Source: a virus (Duplodnaviria > Caudoviricetes). From it: a stretch of DNA of 32,364 bases. Location: IMG/VR virus record IMGVR_UViG_3300005286_000500, positions 1 through 32,364 of that record. One strand, given 5' to 3'. Made by a program: the position numbers and the translations under genes. Shown here piece after piece: positions 8,079-18,050 of the stretch. Each line of letters begins with the position of its first letter. Position 1 is the first letter of the stretch. Below the pieces are notes generated by a model, which ran no database searches, was not told the DNA's origin, and was given only the letters and a program-made list of their open reading frames with translations.

Positions 8079-11000
8079 GCCACCGCCTGCCTCAGGGGCC
8101 TCTCCAGGTCTTCAATGCGCTGCCTCAGCAGCTTCAGCTCCGCGAGCACGTCCTTGGTGCCGGCGCCTTGCAGCACAACCAGCGCCTTAAGCTCCTCGGT
8201 CTGCTTCTTCAGCTCCGCCGTCTGCTTGAGCTGCTCAGCCTTCTGCTCAGCCAGGCTGAACCCAGGCAGTTCCAGCGCGCGGCCGAGGGACTCGACCGTG
8301 CGCCGCGTCATCGCCTCCAGCGCGACGTACTGCGAGCCCGAGCCGTACATGCCGCGGCCCGTGCTCAGCAGCGTGTCGGCCACCGATGTGACGCGGTCCA
8401 GGGCCGCCTGGTCCTTGCCGCGCGCGGCGGCAACGACGCTCGCGAACTGCTGCTGCGCGGCCTGGAACTGGCGCCCCGGGTCGAGAGACGACCTGTCGCT
8501 GAGCTGCTGGCCGTCGAGCCAGCCGCGCAGATTGCTCGCCGCGCTTGCTTTCCACGCGGCGGCCTCTGCCTGCAGTGCAGACGTCTGCGCCTTGTGCAGC
8601 GCCGTCACCTTCGCGATCTCCGCGGCCGACAGGCCCAGTGCCTTCGCGTCGGCCAGGCGCTGGGCTTGCTCCTCCTTCAGCTGCTTGGCGGCGTAGGCGC
8701 TGGCGTCCGTGAGCTGCAGGAGTTGGTCGGTGACGTCGGACATGAAGTTTTTCTTGAGCGCCGCCGTCTGCTGGGCGATGGCTTTCGGGATGATCTGGCT
8801 CGCTTGCCACGTGCTGCCGTACAGCTCGACCAGCACCGGGCGCATCGCTTCGGCATTGGCACGCACGCGCTCCATCTCCAGCGCCATGCCGTTGAGCGGC
8901 TTCGACAACAGCATCCAGCCGGCTTGCGCGCCGGCCATGGCGCCCGCAGCTTCGCGCGCTTGCGCATACGCGGCCGCGCCATGCTTCTGAGCAGCACTCA
9001 GCATGTCCGTGATGTTGTCGCGCAAAGCCGCCGCGGCCTGCTGCGCATCCAGCCACACATCGGCGCGCGAATCCTGCTGATTACGCGCGCCACTGCCCGC
9101 GCGAATGGTCTTCTGCAGCTGTGCCCAGGCATCGGCCTGGGCCTGGACGCCATCGGCCCACTGCCCGAAGCCATCGGACAGTGTCACCAGGCGGCCGAAC
9201 AACTTTTGTCCAGCCTCGCCGGTGCGGTCGATGCCCTCGACCATGAGGCGAAAAGCCTCGCGCGAAGCCGGCATGGCGGTGCCCGCCTGGCGAAACGCAT
9301 CAGCCAGCTCGATGCCGAGCGCAGCCAGCTGCTCGGCCTCGCTGTAATACCCCTCGCGGAATGATCCCAGGCCCTCGGTGAGCGCATCCAGGCCGCCGGC
9401 ACCCAGCAGCATGGCCGAGGTGACATCGGCTGCACGTAGGCCAATGGCGGCCATGCTGTCGCGCAAGGCATCGAGCGCCCTGTAAACCTCGCCAATTTCC
9501 TCGGCCGTGCCGTCGAATCCCTCGATCAGCTTGCCAATGCCGCTGGTGACTGTCTCGGCCGCTACCGTGAACGTGAACCCGAAAAGCCGCACGGTGGTCA
9601 GGCTGGTGGCCGCCGTCTCGGCTGCCACCAAACTCTCGCGCACGATTTCGGCCGCAACGTCTCCTTGCTTGTTGGCCAGGTTGCGGAAATTCAAGGCCGT
9701 CACGCCAAAGCCGTCGAGCGCCGCGCCGGCCACTTCCACACCGCTTGCCACGCGCGCCACGGTTTCCAGATACCCCTCGCCCACCCGCTGAAAGTCCGTC
9801 AGCCCAGGCAGCGCGGCTGCTGCGATCTCGTCGCCGGCGGCGCCAAACACGGCCGAGAGCTTTTCCTGAATCTCGCTGCCAGTCAGCCCAGCAATATTGA
9901 TCTTGCCGATCTTGACCACATGGGCCGCCAGGCGCTGCTCGACCAGGGCGAAGGATTCATCCAGCGGCCCGGCCGCGGCGCGCACGGTATCGGCAAACCC
10001 CGTGAGGATCAAACCAAACTGGCGCTCAAGCTCGGGATCCGCCGCGCCGGTGTTGGCCGTGTAATTGCTCTCACCCACCGTGAAGCCAAAACGCTTCTTC
10101 TTTTGGTACACGTCGGCGTAATAGCTGGCTTGGAAACCACTCGCCATGATTGCGCCCAGCGCCTGCGGATCCGCGGTAATGCCCTGGCCGGTGATGCTCG
10201 TCTTGGTGCTGAACATCTTGCCGGCGAGGTTGCTCAGGGCCTTGCCGATGCCCAGCACCTCGGTGAGTCCGAAACTCACATACGCGGCCGCGGCGCGCAC
10301 TGCCGCGCCCTCGATCTTGCCCATGGTCGAGACTTCACGCCCCACCGCAATGCCCGCGCCAGAGGCTTCAACCACGCCAGCGCGCACGATCAGGCTCGAC
10401 ACACCGGCCAGGCTGCTCTCGATGTTGCGCAGCGAGGACAGCATGGCGGCGCTATAGCGCATTGTCAGCGTGTCCACTTCGCGCAGCGCGTCAATGCTGT
10501 TGGCGATGCTCTCGCTTTGCGCGCTGACGTCACCGAGCACGGTGCCGGTGCCCGTGTTGCCCGGATCCACCACCGCGCCGCCACCACCGCTCACCGCGCC
10601 GCCGAGCACGGCCGCGATGGCCACGCCCGCGGCGGCCATGCCCCAGGGACCGAGCGCCGACATGAAGGCCATGAAAACGCCCGGGATCTTGGCGGTATTG
10701 CGCGCGGCCTCGCCGGCCGTCACCGCGGCGGTTTCGGTGGCCTGGCCAGCCACCACCGCGCCCACTTTGGCCGCCTCGCCGGCCACCTTGGTTGCCGTCA
10801 CCTGGCCAATGAGGCCGAGCTGCTGCGCCGCACTCGCAGCCGCGTTGGCCAGCTCTAGGGCCCGAAACCCCTTCTCGGCCGCAGCCATGATCTTGTAACC
10901 GCGGCTGCCCTCTTCAAAAAAGTCTTTCGCTGCGCCCGTGAGATCCGCATAGGTTGAAACCTGCATCTCGGTCTCGCGGCGGCTCAGCTCGGCTTCCTTG

Positions 11001-13030
11001 CTCCAGCGCTCGGACTGGTCCTCGATCTTGGAAACGTTGACCCGCTGCTTCTCGATTTCAGCCTGCTTGCGTGCGTACTCGTCCATGGCACTGGCGAGAT
11101 TGCCGAGCGCGCTGCTGGCGGCGCCGAATGCATCGCGCAACGCTTCTCCGAACGTCTGCGCGCGCGCCGGGTCCAGGAACGCATCGAGCTCCTGGCGCGC
11201 CTTCGAGTCGAGTTCCACGCCTTGCGCCTTCACGGCACCAGACACCCTGACGCTGGCGAGCTCGCGCAGTGCAGACGCCTGCTGCCGTGCCGCTGCAGCC
11301 GCAGCCATGTAGGCGTTGGCGTAGTCGCCGGCGTAGACGGATGCCGTTTCCAGCGCCGTGGCATAGCCGCCCTTTTCCTCGGCCGTCAGCCGCATGCGCG
11401 CGGCCTCCAGCTCGACGACCTGGCGCGCGCTCAGGCCAATGGCCTCGTTCTTCTCGCGCTCGGCCTTGATCTGCGACTGCAGTTCTTCGGTTGCCTTGTG
11501 TGATGCCTCCGCCAGCTGCGCGCTGAGCGCCGCCGCGGTCTGCTGAGCAGCGTTGTTCCGGCTCATCTCCGCCACCGCTTCGGCATACGTCAGGATGAGC
11601 TTCTTCTCTTTGTCCCCCAGCGCAGACGTGCCGGACGCGAGCTTCGACCGCAGCGCGACAAGGGCTTGCTCCTCTGCCGTGAGCGCAGACGTCGCCGCCG
11701 ACGCCGCGTTGAGCGCGGAGGCGCGACCAGCCCACTCGCCCAGCAGCCCCTTCATTTCATTGGCTGCCGCCTTCTCGGCGCCGGTGAGGTCGCCGAGGTG
11801 CTTCTTGCCGGTGGCAGCGGCCTCAGCGAGCTTGGACACACCGTCGCCGGTACCGGTCCAGATCCCACGCACTGTGGTCACGGCCTCACGGCCGATGCGC
11901 ATGGTTTCGGCCGAGCTGTCCGTCATGAGCTTGAAGCCCAGCTGAATCCTGGCGGCCGCTTGGTCAGTACCCTGACCCAGTCCGATCAAGCCGCTCCTCG
12001 CAGCATCAAGCGCGCCAGCGAAATCGCCGGAGAGCGCCAAGCGCACGGCAGAGCCCAGGGCACTCAGCATCGAGCCACTCTGTGTCACGACCGCCGCAAA
12101 GGCGTCCGTGATGCCGCCGGACACCTCGACGACACCCGCGGCGACTCCACCGACCAGTGTGCCGAACTGGCGGAACGCCGTTGCGGTCACCACGACGGCA
12201 GTGGCGACAGCGCGGATGCCTCCGGTGAGCACTTGCGAAGCAGCCGTGACGGCCCCTTCAGACGATGCCGCTTTCATGAACGCCTCGGCCACCGCCTGCA
12301 TCGCAGGCAGCGACTTGGCCACGACCTGGGTATAGACCCCGTCGAAGCCGACGCTCACGAGCTTCAGCGTGTTGCCGAACTCCTTGGCCGCCTTGCCGGT
12401 AGAAGCGTTGAACGTCAGGCCCAGCTGCTCGGCCTGTTCCTGGAAGGCCTTCAGGCCGGCCGCGCCCGTATTGAGCAACGGGATGAGCTTGAGGCCGGCG
12501 TCGCCCATGATGTCCTGGGCGATAGCCGCCTTGGCCGTGCCGTCGGCGCTCTTCTGGAACGCGTCGGCGATCTCGTAGAGCAGCGTGTCCAGCCCCTTGA
12601 GATGCCCCTGTGCGTCCTTGAGATTGATGCCCATCTGGCCGAAGGTTTCCTTGCCCGAGCTGGCTTGCTCCGACAGGCCGGCCATGCCTTCCACCAAGTC
12701 GTCGAACGAGATGCCGACGAGCTCGGCGGCGAGCTTCATCCCCACCAGGCGCTCGGTGGCGATACCCAGCTGCTGGCTCGCCTGTGTGACCTCGCCCATG
12801 GTCTGCACCACGTTCTGCAGGCCGTTGATGATCGCGCCCACGCTGAAGGCGCCGGCCAGGCCGGCGGCCATGCCGCCGATCAGGCCCTTCACGCCGGCGG
12901 CCATGGTGTCCATGTGGCCCTGGACCTTCTTCGCGAACTGCAGGGCCTCCTGCTCGCCCTTGTCCAGGCCCTTGGTGTACTCGGCGTACTCCAGGGCGAG
13001 CTTGACGATCAGGCTTCCGAGAGCGCTCAT
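8075..13030 (-). CDS. Tape measure protein (1651 aa)
   Basis: The longest ORF, Ala-rich and helical, starting MSALGSLIVKL and following the G/GT chaperones. Confidence 0.93.
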   Translation of the reverse strand: MSALGSLIVKLALEYAEYTKGLDKGEQEALQFAKKVQGHMDTMAAGVKGLIGGMAAGLAGAFSVGAIINGLQNVVQTMGEVTQASQQLGIATERLVGMKLAAELVGISFDDLVEGMAGLSEQASSGKETFGQMGINLKDAQGHLKGLDTLLYEIADAFQKSADGTAKAAIAQDIMGDAGLKLIPLLNTGAAGLKAFQEQAEQLGLTFNASTGKAAKEFGNTLKLVSVGFDGVYTQVVAKSLPAMQAVAEAFMKAASSEGAVTAASQVLTGGIRAVATAVVVTATAFRQFGTLVGGVAAGVVEVSGGITDAFAAVVTQSGSMLSALGSAVRLALSGDFAGALDAARSGLIGLGQGTDQAAARIQLGFKLMTDSSAETMRIGREAVTTVRGIWTGTGDGVSKLAEAAATGKKHLGDLTGAEKAAANEMKGLLGEWAGRASALNAASAATSALTAEEQALVALRSKLASGTSALGDKEKKLILTYAEAVAEMSRNNAAQQTAAALSAQLAEASHKATEELQSQIKAEREKNEAIGLSARQVVELEAARMRLTAEEKGGYATALETASVYAGDYANAYMAAAAAARQQASALRELASVRVSGAVKAQGVELDSKARQELDAFLDPARAQTFGEALRDAFGAASSALGNLASAMDEYARKQAEIEKQRVNVSKIEDQSERWSKEAELSRRETEMQVSTYADLTGAAKDFFEEGSRGYKIMAAAEKGFRALELANAAASAAQQLGLIGQVTATKVAGEAAKVGAVVAGQATETAAVTAGEAARNTAKIPGVFMAFMSALGPWGMAAAGVAIAAVLGGAVSGGGGAVVDPGNTGTGTVLGDVSAQSESIANSIDALREVDTLTMRYSAAMLSSLRNIESSLAGVSSLIVRAGVVEASGAGIAVGREVSTMGKIEGAAVRAAAAYVSFGLTEVLGIGKALSNLAGKMFSTKTSITGQGITADPQALGAIMASGFQASYYADVYQKKKRFGFTVGESNYTANTGAADPELERQFGLILTGFADTVRAAAGPLDESFALVEQRLAAHVVKIGKINIAGLTGSEIQEKLSAVFGAAGDEIAAAALPGLTDFQRVGEGYLETVARVASGVEVAGAALDGFGVTALNFRNLANKQGDVAAEIVRESLVAAETAATSLTTVRLFGFTFTVAAETVTSGIGKLIEGFDGTAEEIGEVYRALDALRDSMAAIGLRAADVTSAMLLGAGGLDALTEGLGSFREGYYSEAEQLAALGIELADAFRQAGTAMPASREAFRLMVEGIDRTGEAGQKLFGRLVTLSDGFGQWADGVQAQADAWAQLQKTIRAGSGARNQQDSRADVWLDAQQAAAALRDNITDMLSAAQKHGAAAYAQAREAAGAMAGAQAGWMLLSKPLNGMALEMERVRANAEAMRPVLVELYGSTWQASQIIPKAIAQQTAALKKNFMSDVTDQLLQLTDASAYAAKQLKEEQAQRLADAKALGLSAAEIAKVTALHKAQTSALQAEAAAWKASAASNLRGWLDGQQLSDRSSLDPGRQFQAAQQQFASVVAAARGKDQAALDRVTSVADTLLSTGRGMYGSGSQYVALEAMTRRTVESLGRALELPGFSLAEQKAEQLKQTAELKKQTEELKALVVLQGAGTKDVLAELKLLRQRIEDLERPLRQAVA

Positions 13031-13434
13031 GGTTGGTCCAGGTGGGCGTTGAGAACTTCAAGGGCCGCTTCCTCCATGAGTCGGAGGTCGGCGATCAGGG
13101 CGCGCCGCTCGGGTTGCGGCACGCCGTAGGCGTCGATGACGCCGGGCAGCGCGGCCAGGTCGAGGCCGTGGCGGATCAGCTTGCCGTTGGGCGCAACTTC
13201 GATGCGCCACTGCCGGCCGAGCAGCAGGAACACCTGCACGGCGTCCCAGCAGTCAGGGAAGACCTCCAGGCCCGGCCGCTCCAGCGGGCTGCCGCGTGCG
13301 TGGGCAACCAGGTGCGGCGCCGCGCCGGCGGCGGCCATGGCATCGGCCAGGTCGTTGAGATGCGCGGCGGTGTCGCCGGCGCCGGCGCCGTCATCCGCGC
13401 CGGCCCAGCGGCGGGCCGCCGCGATCAGTTTTTT
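13027..13434 (-). CDS. Tail assembly chaperone T region (DUF1799-like), probably expressed as the G-T frameshift fusion
   Basis: The frame is open from the slippery site (KLIAAARRWAG..) to 13027 and contains VFPDCWDAVQVF..QWR..GLD..LRLME..AL. Confidence 0.75.
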   Translation of the reverse strand, partial: KKLIAAARRWAGADDGAGAGDTAAHLNDLADAMAAAGAAPHLVAHARGSPLERPGLEVFPDCWDAVQVFLLLGRQWRIEVAPNGKLIRHGLDLAALPGVIDAYGVPQPERRALIADLRLMEEAALEVLNAHLDQP

Positions 13435-13745
13435 TCGCGGATGCCGAGGATGTCCTGGGCATAGGTCAGTGCGGTCGCGCGGACGGCGGTCGGCACCTGC
13501 AGGAACGCCTCCAGGTTCTCGGGCGTGAACGGCACCGGCGCGCCGTCGTTGGTGACGCCATCCCAGCCGGCGACCACCTCGCGCAGCAGCGAGGCATCGC
13601 CGCCGCGCTGCGCCTTCTTGAGCTCATCGGTGCTCAGACGCTTGAACTCGACCTTGATGGTTTCGGTGACGGTGCCTTCGTTGACGGGCACGTTGATCGA
13701 CACGTCGCTTTTGAAGGTGCCCTTGCGGTTGAGATTGAAAGCCAT
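13425..13745 (-). CDS. Tail assembly chaperone G (106 aa)
   Basis: An SD (GAGGA) precedes ATG 13745. It contains VVAGWDGV...PF, ends in REKN, and sits between the tail tube and tape measure genes. Confidence 0.85.
   Translation of the reverse strand: MAFNLNRKGTFKSDVSINVPVNEGTVTETIKVEFKRLSTDELKKAQRGGDASLLREVVAGWDGVTNDGAPVPFTPENLEAFLQVPTAVRATALTYAQDILGIREKN
13428..13434 (-). other. -1 programmed ribosomal frameshift slippery site A AAA AAC
   Basis: Minus strand reads CGC GAA AAA AAC TGA, and the -1 frame runs into the T ORF. Confidence 0.85.
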
Positions 13746-13790
13746 GGTGTCCTCTGTCGCGGTTGAGGTGAGGTGAAGAAATCGCGGGGC

Positions 13791-13814
13791 AAGAAAAAGC
13801 CGCCCGAAGGCGGC
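13791..13814 (-). terminator. Intrinsic terminator after the tail tube gene
   Basis: Minus strand reads GCCGCC-TTCG-GGCGGC followed by TTTTTCTT. Confidence 0.8.
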
Positions 13815-13837
13815 GCCCCGCGACAGGGAAAAACGGG

Positions 13838-14782
13838 TCAGGTGTAGGCCAGCGTGAAGCTGTCGTTGGCGCCGTTGAGGCCGGCGGACAGGTCCATGTC
13901 CACGGTCATCATCAGCTGCCCCTTGCTCTCGCTGTAGCGCGGGTTGCTCAGGTACGCCGCCGGGGCGTTGAACGTGATGGTCTTGCCCGCCTGGCCGCCG
14001 CCGTGCACCAGGTTGAAGGCGCCGGTCAAGCCCCGCTTGATGGCGTCGAACCAGTCCTTGTAGGCGATCGACGTGGCTTCGAACACGACCGTGCCCTTGG
14101 ATTCCTGGTTCGTGACGTCCACGTACTCCTGGCCGGGCCGGTTCACGTACTCGACGGTGTTGCCCATGTTGACGGACACGCTCTCGATGACGATGGACTT
14201 GCCGAACAGCGTAACGACCGTGTTGGCCTTGTTGACCGGCAGCGCCTGGCCCCACACCGTGTAGTTCGGCGCCTCGGCCAGCGCGTAGTCCTCGGCATCC
14301 ACGTACAGCCCGGTGGCGGATACCTTGGCGGACGGCAGCTGACCCGTGGCCCAGGTCAGCTCCAGGTTGCCCCGCACGCCGGTCGTACGGTGACGCAGTC
14401 CGTCCAGCAGGTAATGCAGCGTGCACGACTCGGTGACGTCGGAGATCGGCGCATAGACGACCGACACGCCGGCCGTGATGGTCTCGGAGAGCGAGCACAT
14501 GCGCAGCAGCTCGTTGTAGCGCGGCGGTACACCGGGGGCGCCGCGACCGGCGAGCTCGATCTCGAAATCGGCCGTGGTGTTGCCCCAGACCACGAGCTGC
14601 CCAGCGTTGCCGAAGTGAGGGCGCACATGATCCCGCTTCACCTGCTCGGTGTTGAGCGGGTTGAAGTTGAGATTGCGCACGAGCATTGCATCGTTGGCCG
14701 GGGACAGCCCGGACGCATGCTCTTGCCCGTACACCTGTTCGCGCTTGCTCAGCATGAGCGCGCGTCGGAATTTCTTGCCCAT
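13838..14782 (-). CDS. Major tail tube protein (314 aa)
   Basis: Located between the tail terminator region and the chaperones, with a strong SD (AAGGAGG) and a downstream terminator. Confidence 0.8.
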   Translation of the reverse strand: MGKKFRRALMLSKREQVYGQEHASGLSPANDAMLVRNLNFNPLNTEQVKRDHVRPHFGNAGQLVVWGNTTADFEIELAGRGAPGVPPRYNELLRMCSLSETITAGVSVVYAPISDVTESCTLHYLLDGLRHRTTGVRGNLELTWATGQLPSAKVSATGLYVDAEDYALAEAPNYTVWGQALPVNKANTVVTLFGKSIVIESVSVNMGNTVEYVNRPGQEYVDVTNQESKGTVVFEATSIAYKDWFDAIKRGLTGAFNLVHGGGQAGKTITFNAPAAYLSNPRYSESKGQLMMTVDMDLSAGLNGANDSFTLAYT

Positions 14783-14785
14783 GGG

Positions 14786-14992
14786 TCAGGCCTCCTTTTC
14801 AGCCGCCGGCGTGCGCTTGCCGGTGGCGGGGTCGAAGATGAAGCTGCCGCCGCGGTCGGCGTGCTGGTCGCCGAAGATCGCGGCCAGCGGGCAGGCCTGC
14901 TGCGCCGGCGCGGCGCCGCCAGCGGGCGACTCGGTGGCCGGCGTGGACGCGGCCGTGCTGGCCGGCGCGGTGGCCGGCGTCTTGGTTGCCAT
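14786..14992 (-). CDS. Small hypothetical protein (68 aa)
   Basis: Has an SD (AAGGAG), fills the gap before the tail tube gene, and ends with a GGSF..DPATGKR motif. Confidence 0.65.
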   Translation of the reverse strand: MATKTPATAPASTAASTPATESPAGGAAPAQQACPLAAIFGDQHADRGGSFIFDPATGKRTPAAEKEA

Positions 14993-15004
14993 GGAAACGC
15001 TCCT

Positions 15005-15352
15005 TCAGAAAGCGGGAGTCCGCAGGATTGCGGTCAGGTGGTAGGCGTAGACCGCCGGGTCGGGCTCGTAATCCGCGTCACCGTGGGACTGGATGCCCAT
15101 CGACTGCTCATGTCCCTCCAGCGCTGCCCGGATCGGCTGCACGAGGGCTTCGATCTCGCCCTGGGTGCGGGCGAGAACAATGACGGTGACGCCGTGCTGG
15201 TCGTAGCCGCCACCCATCACCCAGCCGTCCTCCGGCTCGGTGGCGATGTCGAAGACGACGGCGGGCCACGCAGGATCGGGCGGCAGCTCGACCGCCCATG
15301 TGTTGTCCAGGATGGGCGTGAGCAGGCCCAGGACAAGGCTCTTGATGCTCAT
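15005..15352 (-). CDS. Tail terminator/completion protein (DUF3168-like)
   Basis: Size and position after the HK97 gp10-like gene fit; it contains WPAVVF and has an ATGA overlap. Confidence 0.7.
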   Translation of the reverse strand: MSIKSLVLGLLTPILDNTWAVELPPDPAWPAVVFDIATEPEDGWVMGGGYDQHGVTVIVLARTQGEIEALVQPIRAALEGHEQSMGIQSHGDADYEPDPAVYAYHLTAILRTPAF

Positions 15353-15852
15353 CGCGCGCGCCTCCTCTGCCGCATCAGTTCACGCAGCGCGGCCTTCTGC
15401 ATGGCCGTCAGCGCCTCAGTGCGCTTGTTCTCCAGCGCCTGGCTCAGGAACGGATTGGCCTGCAGATGCTTCGTGCCGAAGTGCTGGAACCGCCAGTACC
15501 ACGGGTCGTTTTCGTAGCGGGTGACGATGCGGCCGGAGCGCTTCGAGATGGCCAGGCGCTTGCCGCTCTCCTTGCGCTGCTTGCGCGTCATGGAGTGCCC
15601 ATGGCGCACGCCGAGGTGGTACTCGGCCACGCCGCTGCCGGCCGGCGTCTTCTCGCGCTTGATGACGATGTTGTCGATCATCGCGCCAGTGCGGCGCAGG
15701 CCCGCCGTGTCGGCCAGGCGCTTCGCCTCGACCTTCAGCACCCGGCCGCCGGCGACGACGACAACGCGGGCGCCCCGGTCCGCACCGCGCAGCTCGGCAA
15801 ACGCGGCGCGCAGCTCCGGGACGCCGATGACCTCCGGCTTGCTATCGGCCAT
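15349..15852 (-). CDS. HK97 gp10-family morphogenesis protein
   Basis: Contains VIGVPEL..., RTGAM, YWRFQHFGTKH..ANPFL..A motifs, with an SD (GGGAG) before ATG 15852. Confidence 0.85.
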   Translation of the reverse strand: MADSKPEVIGVPELRAAFAELRGADRGARVVVVAGGRVLKVEAKRLADTAGLRRTGAMIDNIVIKREKTPAGSGVAEYHLGVRHGHSMTRKQRKESGKRLAISKRSGRIVTRYENDPWYWRFQHFGTKHLQANPFLSQALENKRTEALTAMQKAALRELMRQRRRAR

Positions 15853-16180
15853 CGTTTGCTCCCGTGTCGCAGACCAGGATGAGCTGCCCGCCGCGGCGGG
15901 AGCCGGCCAGGCTGCGGATGTTGTAGACGGTGCTCCCGCAGAGCACGCGGTGCCCAGGCGTGACGTCGTCACGCCAGCGCATGCGGATCTCGACCCGGGC
16001 GACGGGCAGCTGGCCGCCGGCGGCGGCGGTGGCCTTCTTGTCTTCGCCGGAGTAGAGCTTTGGCTCGCTTGCCCAGGCAGTGCAGACGTCTGTCCAGGCA
16101 TCGACCATGCCGCCGTGGGCGTCCCGGCCCGGCACGCGACGCTGCAGCGTGACGTGCTCGGTGTACTGGCCGGCGCCCAT
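15842..16180 (-). CDS. Head closure/head-tail adaptor protein
   Basis: Contains MGAG....VTLQ...D..G...W.DV..WA and IRMRWR.DV...RV...YNI motifs, with a TGATG overlap. Confidence 0.85.
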   Translation of the reverse strand: MGAGQYTEHVTLQRRVPGRDAHGGMVDAWTDVCTAWASEPKLYSGEDKKATAAAGGQLPVARVEIRMRWRDDVTPGHRVLCGSTVYNIRSLAGSRRGGQLILVCDTGANDGR

Positions 16181-16461
16181 CAGTACACCCGGTATGGATC
16201 GAGCAGCCGCTCCAGGAACGGCGATGGCTGCGCCGCCTTTTCTGATGCGGCCTCGGGGTTCTCGATCCAGTACGCGACGTTGGCCGCGACCCACTGCTGC
16301 ACGGGCTCGGGCATGTCGGCGGTGATGTAGTGCTCGTCACCCTGCCCCGTCTCGTGACCGGCCAGCCGCGTTGCGGAGGCGATCATCATCGGCAGCAGGG
16401 TGTCGAACGCATCGCCGATCCGTACCCAGCTCTTGACGATGTCGATGGATGGGGCGGGCAT
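16180..16461 (-). CDS. Head-tail connector (gp6-like, 93 aa)
   Basis: Contains VKSWVRI..D.LL..I.SA and VAYWIENPE..LLDPYR patterns, and lies after the capsid gene. Confidence 0.85.
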   Translation of the reverse strand: MPAPSIDIVKSWVRIGDAFDTLLPMMIASATRLAGHETGQGDEHYITADMPEPVQQWVAANVAYWIENPEAASEKAAQPSPFLERLLDPYRVY

Positions 16462-16464
16462 CGG

Positions 16465-16695
16465 TCAGGCGCCGGCGACGGACTGCTCGGACGCGCTCTT
16501 GGGCGGGTAGGCGACGACATCGCCGCCCGCCTTCAGCGCGTACGCCACCGCCGCATCGTTGTCGTCCAGCTCGCCCGGATGCGCCTTGATGACGTCCGGT
16601 GCAGCCTCGATCACCTGCCCCGCTTTCACGCCGAGCGCGGGGCAGTCCACCAGCACGCGGGCGCGCGCCGGCTTTTCGGTTTTGGTCGTTGCCAT
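16465..16695 (-). CDS. Small protein downstream of the capsid gene (76 aa)
   Basis: An SD (CAGGAG) precedes ATG 16695; it contains ARVLVDC..G.LD...AVAYA. Confidence 0.7.
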   Translation of the reverse strand: MATTKTEKPARARVLVDCPALGVKAGQVIEAAPDVIKAHPGELDDNDAAVAYALKAGGDVVAYPPKSASEQSVAGA

Positions 16696-16750
16696 GGTGT
16701 TCTCCTGGTGTGGCCCGCGGGCACGCCTGCGCCCGGCGGTGCCGTGGCCA

Positions 16751-18034
16751 TCAGGTGGCCGAGTTCTGGAAGTACTTGACGGCGCCGCCGGCGTCGATGA
16801 GGTTGCCGCCCTGGCGGTTGAAGGCAACGAAGCCGACCTGGCCGTTGAGCGTGAACGCCGAGTCGGTCATGCGGAAGATGGTCAGGTCCATCACCAGGCG
16901 GCGCTTGTACTTCTTGAACGCGCCGTACAGGATCGACTTGGCATTGGCAGCCATGGTCGGCATGTCCTGGTTGATCACGATGGGCTTGCCCATCAACGAG
17001 TCGGGTGCACCGCCGGGCGTGCCGGCCTCGTAGCCGGGCACGAAGATCGGGCGGCCGTTGCCGTCCTTGATCTTGCGGACGGCCTTCAGCGTGTTGTCGT
17101 GGAACATCCAGCCCACACCCGGCATGCCGCGGTAGATCGGGTCCACGCTGTGCTCCGTGTCCACCAGGTCGTCATAGCCCACGCTGGTGGTGGAACCGGT
17201 GGCGCCGGCCTTGCCCAACGTGGCGGCGGTAACGATGCCCTTCGGCTGGTTGGTGCCGGTGCCGTTGGTGAGGTGCTTGCTGCCAATCCGGCCCAGGCGC
17301 ATCGCGAGCAGCTCGTTGATGTAGCCCTCGATGTCGATGAACGAGTCCTGGATCAGCTCCCAGGGCAGCGCGATCTTCTTGGAGCTGTAGCGGTAGACGG
17401 ACAGCGCGATGTTGCCGAACGCGGTGTCCTGACCGGTAGCGGGCCCGCCCTCGCCGACGATCTCGCCCTCTTCCGTCGTCGCGTCGGTGGTGGGGAAGTT
17501 CATCGCCGTACCGGTGCCGGTGCGGATGGTGTCCACCGCGCTGAAGATGCCGCCATAGGCACGCATGGCTGCTTCGAGCGAGGCGTAATACTCGGGCGCC
17601 GTGGTGTAGCCGCCCTCCGTCGGTACGCCGGTGGACATGGCGTTGCGCACGCCGTTCAGGTTCATGGCCTGGCGGATGTCGTCGTTCTGGCGCGCAAGCA
17701 TGGTGCGGCGCTGTTCATCGGTCAGCGCCATGAGGCCGCCACCCAGGTAGGCGCGCAGCGCGGCATTGCCGTCGCGGTTCTCCTGGCGGTTGGGGTCCAC
17801 CGTGTGGCGGTCGCGCAGCTCGTTCTGCCCCATGTTGTCGCCGGCCAGCTGCGCGGCGCGCTCCATGCGCTGGATCTCGGCGTCGATGGCCTCGATCTCG
17901 TTGAGGATGCCGTCGAGCTGGTCGGCCTCGCCTTTCGGCATGCGCTGGTCGGCCGGGTACTTGTTGTTGAGCGCCTGGGCCTCCTGGGCCTTGGCGTTGC
18001 GGCGCTCGCGCAGTTGCTGGAGCTTGGTGCTCAT
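16751..18034 (-). CDS. Major capsid protein, HK97 fold with N-terminal scaffold (delta) domain
   Basis: Has a coiled-coil N-terminus and motifs EGGYT.., VGEG, ELIQDS, NGTGTNQPKGI and IKDGNGRPIF, with an SD (GGAAGGA). Confidence 0.95.
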   Translation of the reverse strand: MSTKLQQLRERRNAKAQEAQALNNKYPADQRMPKGEADQLDGILNEIEAIDAEIQRMERAAQLAGDNMGQNELRDRHTVDPNRQENRDGNAALRAYLGGGLMALTDEQRRTMLARQNDDIRQAMNLNGVRNAMSTGVPTEGGYTTAPEYYASLEAAMRAYGGIFSAVDTIRTGTGTAMNFPTTDATTEEGEIVGEGGPATGQDTAFGNIALSVYRYSSKKIALPWELIQDSFIDIEGYINELLAMRLGRIGSKHLTNGTGTNQPKGIVTAATLGKAGATGSTTSVGYDDLVDTEHSVDPIYRGMPGVGWMFHDNTLKAVRKIKDGNGRPIFVPGYEAGTPGGAPDSLMGKPIVINQDMPTMAANAKSILYGAFKKYKRRLVMDLTIFRMTDSAFTLNGQVGFVAFNRQGGNLIDAGGAVKYFQNSAT

Positions 18035-18050
18035 CTGGGTTTCCTTCCGG

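Noticed and set aside
17281-17292. TGCCAATCCGG resembling an R64 shufflon sfx site
   Set aside because: It is a single partial match inside the capsid coding sequence.
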